The translations under genes and the position numbers were made by a program. Under the pieces are notes generated by a model. That model worked only from the letters and a program-made list of their open reading frames with translations, was not told the DNA's origin and ran no database searches. From Myxococcota bacterium (GTDB taxonomy: Bacteria; Myxococcota_A; UBA796; SXON01), in contig JAZKFH010000022.1 in assembly GCA_040386535.1 (NCBI GenBank), positions 51,247-83,246 on the forward strand: 32,000 nucleotides of DNA. The letters are read 5' to 3'. Shown here in pieces: positions 9,211 to 16,477 of the stretch. The first letter of the stretch is position 1. Each line of letters starts with the position of its first letter.

Positions 9211-10557
9211 ATGCCCCTCCCGTTCCTCACCGCCCTCGACCCGCAAGCCCGCGTCGCCGGCTCGCGCGACCCGCTCGGCGTGCAACCGATCTGGGGCCAC
9301 CTTGGCCGGGAGCTCGTCTCCAACCTGACCACGGTCGCGACATCGGTCCGCGGCTTCACCACGCTGATGCTGGGCCTCCACTACGCATCCCGGCTGGTCG
9401 ACGAGGCGGGCCACGACGAGGCTCAGCGGATCCGCTACTTCCTGAAGTTTGAACAGATGGTCGCGTGGAGCCGCTACGCCTGGCAGGACGAGACAGGTGA
9501 CACGGTCGAGGGGATCCGGGGCATTCGACGGGTACGGCGTACCTGGGAGGGCGGGGAGCGGAAGCCGCCGCTCGGCCTCGGTCCCGACGCGCAGATCCTG
9601 TCAGACCAGAAGACCTATGGGCTCTGGGGTCTCTTCTCGATGCCCGCGCGCGACTCCCGCCTCCGCGAGCGCGTCTCCGCACGGCTCACGGAGCCCGCCC
9701 GGGAGCACCTCTTGCCGCGCCTCGATGCGGCGCTCTCCGCCGAGGGGATACGGAACGACGCTGTCGTGATCGATTTGCTCGGACGCGACCAGCATTTCGA
9801 GCCCACGGGCCGCCACAAGGCTCTCGGACGCGCGCTGGCGGCGATGACCAAGCCTGCGTGGTCGGGAGAGGAGGAGGTGTTCTACCTGGATCACCTCGTC
9901 CAAGCGGGGAGGGGCGCCGACGGCCGGCAGGCGCGCCTCTGGGGCCACCTTGCGACCGTGAATGACCGTGACGGCACCTGGAAGGCAGGCTTCGGCATGG
10001 AGGAACTCCGCCGGGTCCGGACCGCGGCCGGCGCAGCCGGAGACACCGACATCGTCGAGCGGCTGACCTGGATCGCTGATGTGGAGGCCGTTCTCGCGCC
10101 CGCCGGGCTCCTGTTCTCGACGGTGCTCGGCGCGCATGGACAGCGCGTGGCCGACGTGGCGGCCGAGGTCGAAGCGCGCTGGGGGGCCGGCCTGGGCCAC
10201 GTGGACGTCGACGGCGTGCGCGCCGCCATTCCCCAGGTCGCGGCGATTGCCGCGGACGGAACCGCCGAGCGCCTCGACGCGCTCAGCGTGGCGTTCCGGG
10301 ACGGCGCATGGGCGGAGGCGATCACGCTGGTGATTGCACAGAACAAGGCCGTCATGGAGGCGCGCCGCGCGGGCCCTTGGGCCACGGAAAAGGCCGGCAC
10401 GCTCGACGTGCGCTTCCGTACCGACGGGGATGGGCTCGCTGTCGCGGCAGACCTGCCCGATCTCTGGGTCAACCCCTACTACCTGAGCGCGCTCAAGCAT
10501 GTCGGCGGCTCGCTGCTGCGGCGAGGCGTCCGGGAGACGAGCGTGGACGGTGAGTAG
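9211..10557 (+). CDS. Hypothetical protein (448 aa), no domain recognised
   Basis: The ATG at 9211 lies 4 nt after the upstream TAG (9204-9206). The ORF-track start at 9064 would overlap the Hsp70-like gene by 143 nt and adds an Arg/Ser-rich peptide, so I prefer 9211. The N-terminus is MPLPFLTALDPQARVAGSRDPLGVQPIWGHLGRELVSNLTTVATSVRGFTTL. I found no catalytic motif. Confidence 0.6.
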   Translation: MPLPFLTALDPQARVAGSRDPLGVQPIWGHLGRELVSNLTTVATSVRGFTTLMLGLHYASRLVDEAGHDEAQRIRYFLKFEQMVAWSRYAWQDETGDTVEGIRGIRRVRRTWEGGERKPPLGLGPDAQILSDQKTYGLWGLFSMPARDSRLRERVSARLTEPAREHLLPRLDAALSAEGIRNDAVVIDLLGRDQHFEPTGRHKALGRALAAMTKPAWSGEEEVFYLDHLVQAGRGADGRQARLWGHLATVNDRDGTWKAGFGMEELRRVRTAAGAAGDTDIVERLTWIADVEAVLAPAGLLFSTVLGAHGQRVADVAAEVEARWGAGLGHVDVDGVRAAIPQVAAIAADGTAERLDALSVAFRDGAWAEAITLVIAQNKAVMEARRAGPWATEKAGTLDVRFRTDGDGLAVAADLPDLWVNPYYLSALKHVGGSLLRRGVRETSVDGE

Positions 10558-12550
10558 CCCCACCCCCGAAGTCCTCACCGCGCAGCTGCGCAAGGCGATC
10601 GGCGGGCGCTCGGTGCGCGCGGCGGTGTTCACCACGTTCCCCTTCGATCCGGAGTTCTTCGAGCTCTTCGTCCTACCGGCCCTGTTCGAGCGCGCGTGGT
10701 CGCGGGATCCGAACGTCCGCCGCGCGCAGTTGGAGGAAGCCCTCCGGGACGTGGACAACGTCGCGGTGTACTACGACCGCGGGCAGTTCGACGGTGGGCT
10801 GGTCGGGCTGGACTACACGCGATTCGGCGTGGCTCGGCGGACGGGCTGCTTCCACGCAAAACACCTCCTCCTCCTCGTCGAGCGCCCGCCTTCGTCCAGC
10901 GCGGGTCCCGTGCGCGGGGAGCACGCCCTCCTCGTCGTCACCACGTCGGCGAACCTGACCCGCTCCGGGTGGTGGGAAAACGTCGAGGCCGCGCAGATCG
11001 AGGAGATCCGGGCGGGGGTGCCCCATCCAATGCGGTCCGCGCTCCTGGACGATGGCGGTGCCCGCGGGCTTGTCCGTCGTATCCGCGAACACGACCGGAC
11101 CGAGGTCGCACACAGCGCCCTCGACGCGATCCGTGACTTCCTGCTCCGCGACGTGCCGACAGGCACGGCCCCGGGTCCGGTGCTCTGGGCCGGCCGCGGC
11201 ACCTTCGCCGCCTTCCTTGCCGCCCACGTCCGGCCCGGCCTACGGCTCGAAATCGTCGCGCCCTACGTTGAGGACATCGAGGCCGCTCCGACGCTCGGCC
11301 GGCTGCTCGACGCTGTCCGCCCGGCGGAGACCCGCATCCACCTTCCGATCGACAAGGATGCACACGCGGCGGTGAGCGAGGCCTACGCCCGCGCCGTCGC
11401 AGCGCTCCCAGGCGTGAGCTGGGGCGAGCTCCCGGCTGCCCTCACCCACTGGACGAAGGAGGCGGGCGGCGGCCACCGGTTCACTCACGCGAAGGTGTAC
11501 CGGTTCTTCGACGACCGTCGGGAGGTGCTCGTGGTGGGGTCGGTGAATCTTTCGGCGGCGGCACACTCCGACGCGAGCGCGGGCAATTTCGAGTCCGCGG
11601 TGTTGGTGGAAACCGTGGCGAACGCGCGCCGGGACTGGTGGATGAGCCGCCGGAACACGCTCCCGGAGCACTTCGCGCCGCGCGTCGGCGAGGAGGAGGC
11701 CGTCCGCGGGCGCGCGCCTCCCCTCCACCTCCGCTACGACTGGCGCACCGACCTGCTCGCCTACTTCTGGGAGCCCGGCGAGGCCGCCGCCGCCGCGGTG
11801 GACGTCTCCACTGGAGCCGTAGGCTTCCGCATCACGCCCATCGTTGTGGGCGTGTGGGTACCCGTGCCGCCGGAGGTAGTCCTCGGCTTGAGGGACCGAC
11901 TGCGCGCCAGTGCCTGCGTCTCCGTCACGATTGAACTCGAGACCTTTCGCGTCTTGGTACGGGAGGAGGGCATGCAGAACCGGCCGCCGCTCGTGTGCGA
12001 CCTCACGCCCGAGCAGATCCTCGAGTATTGGGCCCTGCTCTCCCAGGAGCAGCGCGACGCGTTCCTCGAGCAGCACGGCTACCGCCTGCCCCAGCTGTCC
12101 GAGGATGGTGCTCCGCCCGCGCCAACCGCCGTCGAGGGGTCCGGCACAACCCTGTTCGACCGATTTGCTGGTATCTTCCATGCATTCTCGTGCCTGCGCG
12201 AGCATGTTCAGAACGCGCTCCAATCGGGCCGGAAGAAGGAGGCCGCGTACCGTCTCCTCGGGCGCAAGCATGACTCGCTCGGCGCGCTCGTGGAGAGGGT
12301 GCTCGACGACGAATTGGGGGACCTCACCTCGCGGTACGTCCAGCTGCTCTGTGCACGGGAGGTGACCGACGCCGTCCTCGCAGCCCATCCGGCGTGGGCG
12401 GCGGAGCACTCGGTGGCGGTTGTCGAGCTGCGCGCCCGCCTCGACCGGGTCGCCGAACTGCGCGCGCGCCTTTGTCTTCCGGAGGACGGCGCCGCCTTCA
12501 TCGAATGGTTCGAAGGTGAATTCTTTGGACGACCAGAGGTGTCCGCGTGA
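10550..12550 (+). CDS. Phospholipase D-family (double HKD) protein, putative nuclease, with a ~270-aa uncharacterised C-terminal region
   Basis: There are two HKD-type motifs in one chain. The first is CFHAKHLLLLVE...LLVVTTSANLTRSGW (HAK at nt 10853-10861). The second is RFTHAKVYRFFDDRREVLVVGSVNLSAAAH (HAK at nt 11486-11494). The start is ambiguous: GTG 10550 gives an 8-nt overlap with the upstream stop (GTGAGTAG), while ATG 10499 gives a 59-nt overlap. The stop at 12548-12550 is firm. Confidence 0.8.
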   Translation: MSSPTPEVLTAQLRKAIGGRSVRAAVFTTFPFDPEFFELFVLPALFERAWSRDPNVRRAQLEEALRDVDNVAVYYDRGQFDGGLVGLDYTRFGVARRTGCFHAKHLLLLVERPPSSSAGPVRGEHALLVVTTSANLTRSGWWENVEAAQIEEIRAGVPHPMRSALLDDGGARGLVRRIREHDRTEVAHSALDAIRDFLLRDVPTGTAPGPVLWAGRGTFAAFLAAHVRPGLRLEIVAPYVEDIEAAPTLGRLLDAVRPAETRIHLPIDKDAHAAVSEAYARAVAALPGVSWGELPAALTHWTKEAGGGHRFTHAKVYRFFDDRREVLVVGSVNLSAAAHSDASAGNFESAVLVETVANARRDWWMSRRNTLPEHFAPRVGEEEAVRGRAPPLHLRYDWRTDLLAYFWEPGEAAAAAVDVSTGAVGFRITPIVVGVWVPVPPEVVLGLRDRLRASACVSVTIELETFRVLVREEGMQNRPPLVCDLTPEQILEYWALLSQEQRDAFLEQHGYRLPQLSEDGAPPAPTAVEGSGTTLFDRFAGIFHAFSCLREHVQNALQSGRKKEAAYRLLGRKHDSLGALVERVLDDELGDLTSRYVQLLCAREVTDAVLAAHPAWAAEHSVAVVELRARLDRVAELRARLCLPEDGAAFIEWFEGEFFGRPEVSA

Positions 12551-15500
12551 TTGATATCGCCCCCCTCTCCCCCGACGCGGCGCGGTCGCTCCTCGACTTC
12601 CGGGGCCGGAGCGCTGCCGCCTCTGCGTTCGCGGACGCCCAGCTGGAGGGGGCAGTCGCGCTACACAACATCCTCGCACGCGAGGGGTTTGCCTACCTCG
12701 CCGACGAGGTGGGGATGGGAAAGACGTACGTAGCGCTCGGGGTGATGGCCCTGCTGCGCCACGCCCACCCCGGGCTGCGAGTGCTCTACATCGCGCCGAA
12801 GGAGAACATCCAGCGGAAATGGTACAAGGAGCTTGGTAACTTCGTCGCAAACAACTGGCGCAACGACGATTTCCGCGTCCGGGCGCTGGGCCGGCCGGGC
12901 TTCGATGTCGTGATGGCCGAGAGCCTTCAGGACCTTGCAGCCAAGGCGCGGCTCGATGCCAACCGCGATGTCATTGTCCGGATGACGAGCTTCAGCGTCG
13001 GCCTCTCCAAGGAGGCGACCACGTGGAACGCGAAGCGGGACCAGCTCCTCCGCCTGTTCCCATGGCTCGACCCCGCGCAGTTCGCCCTCTACAGCAAGAA
13101 GGCGTTCAAGGACGCCTATGCCCGCGCCGTCAACGTCGCGCTGCCGGTGTACGATTTGGTGATCGTTGACGAGGGCCACAACCTGAAGCACGGCTACAGC
13201 GAGCGCGTAGCGGCCCGCAACCGCGTGCTCGGCCTGGTCCTCGGGCGGGAAGACGCGCAGGTGCCATACCTCGACGGCGGGGGCCCCCGCGCGGACCGGA
13301 TCCTGGTCCTCTCTGCGACTCCGGTCGAGGTCGGCTGGGGCGACCTCTGGAACCAGATGAACGTGCTCGGGAAGGGCCACCTCGCCCCGATCCTCCGGCG
13401 CGGCGAAGAAGCGGGAGTGTCGGAGGGCGAGCGCCTCGCGGCAGCGCGGCGGTTCATCGTCCGCCGCCTCACCGGCATCCCGATCGGCGGACAGATTCAC
13501 ACCAAGAACATGTACCGGCGAGAGTGGCGACAGGGGGGCGTCGCGACGCATGATGAGCCGCTTCCGCTATCGGACACCCGCCAGCGGCTAATCGTCGCGC
13601 TCGCCCAGAAGAAGGTGATGGACGTGCTCTCGGCCCGGCGGGATCCGGCGGCGGGCCGATTCTCGCGCAGCTTTCAAATGGGCATGCTCGCCTCGTTCGA
13701 GAGCTTCGCCGCGACAGCGCGCGTGGAGATCAAGGGGGAGGACGGCGAATCAGAGCAACGGACTTTCGAGGAGTCCGACCAGGCGGAGCGGAGCGAAGAC
13801 CGCCAGGGGGTGGACCGTCACGCCATCGACGGGATGGCACGGCGCTACCTCGAGCGCTTCCACACCTCGCTTCCCCACCCGAAGATGGACGCTGTAGCGG
13901 CCGCCGCCGCGGAGGCGATGCTCGACCGGGGTGAGAAGTCGCTGATCTTCGTGCGCCGCATCGCGAGCGTCCCCGAGTTGTGCGCGAAAATCGCCCAACG
14001 GTACGACGATTGGGTGTTCGCCTACCTCGAGCGGGAGCTCCGCACCGGGCCAGTCTCCGATCTGCGCCAGGCGGTCGCGGAGTACCAGCTGGCGAAGCTG
14101 CGCGAACGGGACCGACACGGAGGTGCAGCGGCAGACGCCGACGAGGACCACGGCGCCGGCGACTCCTTCTTCGCCTGGTTCTTCCGCGGGGAGGCGCTCG
14201 CGGGAGAGGCCAGTTTTCGGGGACGCGCCGCCGCGTTCCGCAAGAACCGGCTCCGCGGTGAAGGGTCGGTTCACAGCACGCTGCTCGAGGACAACTACGC
14301 ACGGTTCGTGCTGGGCGCCGACCCGTTGCGTGCGCTGGCGGGACGCCTCGGGGCCACGGCTCCCGTTCTCCTCCGCAAGGGCGCCTGGCTGGCCTTCCGG
14401 CGCCCCCACCAGGTCCGGTATCCGCGCGCCCAGGTCTTCACGGCCTACCAGGAGGCGGCCCTCCGTCTCGTCGCGGACGGGAAAGACAGCGTCGCCGCGG
14501 AAGCCCGCGCCATTCTACGACGCACGTTCGCCGACCCGCCCGCGGACACCGACGGTCCGATCCCAGAGGGCTTTCCGCGCCCCGACGACATTCTCGGCGC
14601 GCCGACTCTCTTCTCGGAGCTCGAAGCCCGGCCTGCACTCTGCGCGCAGCTCTGGCCGGCATCCACCGCGTCGACCTTCGAGGCGCGGTTCGTCGAGCGT
14701 GAGCGGCGACGCCAACTCCTGGTGAGCGCGATGCTGCTCGGGCACGCCTACATCGATCTCTGGCTCCTCGCCGTGCGTTCGCTTCGCTCGCTCGCCGCTG
14801 GGGAGCGCGACGAGGATGGCGCCGCTTCTCTCGCGATCGAGTTTCTCACTCGGCTGGAGGAACAACAGGGTCAGCCGGGGCTCACGTCCTGGCGCGAACT
14901 CCACGATATCGCGGCGCACTTCCCGCTGCTTTGCGACGTGAACTTCGACCAGCTCCGCGACACGTCCCTTTCGGAGCTTCCAAAGTACTACCAGCGCACG
15001 CTCGGACGGCAGACACCAGTGGCCGGCATGTTCGGCACGGTGAACACCCAGGTCGTCCGGCAGTTCCGCATGCCGGGCTACCCCTATGTGCTCGTGACGA
15101 CCGACCTCCTCCGCGAGGGCGAAGACCTCCACCCGTTCTGTGCGCACGTCGTCCACTACGGTATCGAGTGGACCTCGTCGGCAATGGAGCAGCGCACCGG
15201 TCGCGTGGATCGCATCGGCTCGTTGACCCACCGCCGCCTCACCCGGCCAGGCCTCGTCACGGCCGAGGGGACCGACCGGCTCCAGGTCCAGTACCCGCAC
15301 CTCACGGACACAGTGGAGCTGTTCCAGGTGCGGGAAGTGTACCGGCGCATGAACCGCTTCGTCGACCTGCTGCACGACCGCGCGAGCGGCGCGGCGAGCG
15401 AGCGGAGCGACCTCGACATCGCCCGCGTCATGCACCAGGTAGCCGATGTGGCGCCGATCACCGGCACGCTGACCACGCGCTTTGCGATCAAACCCGAGTG

Positions 15501-16068
15501 GTGCGAGGGCGGACCGTCGTCGCCCGTTGCCGCCCGGGAGGAGGAGATCCTTAAATTGTTCGCGGACCAGTGCGACGCGCTCGATCGCGAGTGCTCCATC
15601 ATCTGGCGCGACCGCGACGGCGCCCACCATCGCCTCGGAACGGCGTGGATCGCGGACCGTGAGCTCTGCACGCGAGGCGCCGACACGTCAGGGCGCCGTC
15701 AGCAGCCGTTCCACGCGTTCCTGCTCCCCGCCCGGCGCACAGGCCGTGTGCTCCTGCGCATCGTCAGCCCGGTCGGCATCGTGGCGGAGCGCGACGCCGT
15801 GACCGTCTCCCGCATCGGCGTGCTCCAGCGAGCAATGCCGTCTGTGGCCGTGTTCTCCGGTGCCCCGCCGCGCACCGGCGATGGCTACAACCTCGCCGCG
15901 CGCGTGGACCTGCCGTTCGGTGCAGGGCTTACGCAACACGCGGAAGTCCGCGACGTTCTCCGCCGCGTCTGTGTTTTCGCCGATCAGATGGAGCAGGCCC
16001 TCTTGCGACACGACCTCCCGATCGAGCACTTCGTGGTCCAACTTCGACGGGAGCGCGGCGATGTCTGA
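12547..16068 (+). CDS. SNF2-like SF2 helicase/translocase (1173 aa) with a ~300-aa C-terminal extension
   Basis: The GTG at 12547 overlaps the upstream TGA (GTGA), and AGAGG lies 7 nt upstream. Motif I is LADEVGMGKTYVALGVMALL (nt 12703-12726). Motif Ia is YIAPKENIQRKWYKEL. Motif II is LVIVDEGHNLKH (nt 13168-13179). Motif III is LVLSATPVE. Motif V is VLVTTDLLREGEDLH. Motif VI is WTSSAMEQRTGRVDRIGS. Confidence 0.85.
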   Translation: MIDIAPLSPDAARSLLDFRGRSAAASAFADAQLEGAVALHNILAREGFAYLADEVGMGKTYVALGVMALLRHAHPGLRVLYIAPKENIQRKWYKELGNFVANNWRNDDFRVRALGRPGFDVVMAESLQDLAAKARLDANRDVIVRMTSFSVGLSKEATTWNAKRDQLLRLFPWLDPAQFALYSKKAFKDAYARAVNVALPVYDLVIVDEGHNLKHGYSERVAARNRVLGLVLGREDAQVPYLDGGGPRADRILVLSATPVEVGWGDLWNQMNVLGKGHLAPILRRGEEAGVSEGERLAAARRFIVRRLTGIPIGGQIHTKNMYRREWRQGGVATHDEPLPLSDTRQRLIVALAQKKVMDVLSARRDPAAGRFSRSFQMGMLASFESFAATARVEIKGEDGESEQRTFEESDQAERSEDRQGVDRHAIDGMARRYLERFHTSLPHPKMDAVAAAAAEAMLDRGEKSLIFVRRIASVPELCAKIAQRYDDWVFAYLERELRTGPVSDLRQAVAEYQLAKLRERDRHGGAAADADEDHGAGDSFFAWFFRGEALAGEASFRGRAAAFRKNRLRGEGSVHSTLLEDNYARFVLGADPLRALAGRLGATAPVLLRKGAWLAFRRPHQVRYPRAQVFTAYQEAALRLVADGKDSVAAEARAILRRTFADPPADTDGPIPEGFPRPDDILGAPTLFSELEARPALCAQLWPASTASTFEARFVERERRRQLLVSAMLLGHAYIDLWLLAVRSLRSLAAGERDEDGAASLAIEFLTRLEEQQGQPGLTSWRELHDIAAHFPLLCDVNFDQLRDTSLSELPKYYQRTLGRQTPVAGMFGTVNTQVVRQFRMPGYPYVLVTTDLLREGEDLHPFCAHVVHYGIEWTSSAMEQRTGRVDRIGSLTHRRLTRPGLVTAEGTDRLQVQYPHLTDTVELFQVREVYRRMNRFVDLLHDRASGAASERSDLDIARVMHQVADVAPITGTLTTRFAIKPEWCEGGPSSPVAAREEEILKLFADQCDALDRECSIIWRDRDGAHHRLGTAWIADRELCTRGADTSGRRQQPFHAFLLPARRTGRVLLRIVSPVGIVAERDAVTVSRIGVLQRAMPSVAVFSGAPPRTGDGYNLAARVDLPFGAGLTQHAEVRDVLRRVCVFADQMEQALLRHDLPIEHFVVQLRRERGDV

Positions 16069-16477
16069 CCTCAAGGCCCTCGGTGCTCGACTGGATGCAC
16101 TGATCAACGCCTGTCCGAACCTGGTAGAGCGAGACGGCGCCGAGTACGTCGTACCCGTCGGTGCCCGCACCCAGCGCCTCCGCATCGGACTCGACGGCGT
16201 CCACGTCGTGTTCAGCAGCGTCGTCGCCCGCGGCTCGCAGCTCATGGACGCTCGCGGAAGCCGTTGCAGCGAAGCTGATGTCCTCGCCGACCTGTGGGCG
16301 CGCAACGCCCGGGTGGACACCGTGAGCTTCTCGCTCGACCGGCACGGGCGCGTCGTGGGGCGAATCGAGGCGCTTCTCGCGACCCTCGACGACGAGGAAC
16401 TTGCCTTCTACGTGGCCCGGCTCGCCGAGGAGTGCGACCGGTTCGAGTTCGTGCTCACGGGGGAGGACCGGGGGTGA
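16061..16477 (+). CDS. Small hypothetical protein (138 aa); faint YbjN / T3SS-chaperone-like pattern, low confidence
   Basis: The ATG at 16061 overlaps the helicase stop by 8 nt (ATGTCTGA), and GGGAG lies 7 nt upstream. The ORF-track start at 15860 would lie inside the helicase gene. The sequence is MSDLKALGARLDALINACPNLVERDGAEYVVPVG...DDEELAFYVARLAEECDRFEFVLTGEDRG. Confidence 0.6.
   Translation: MSDLKALGARLDALINACPNLVERDGAEYVVPVGARTQRLRIGLDGVHVVFSSVVARGSQLMDARGSRCSEADVLADLWARNARVDTVSFSLDRHGRVVGRIEALLATLDDEELAFYVARLAEECDRFEFVLTGEDRG

Noticed and set aside
15860-16473. Upstream in-frame extensions of the 138-aa gene (from 15860) and of the STAND gene (from 16294)
   Set aside because: Both extensions lie inside the preceding well-supported genes. 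The internal starts 16061 and 16474 have SD-like sequences and give the 8-nt and 4-nt overlaps seen throughout the operon.
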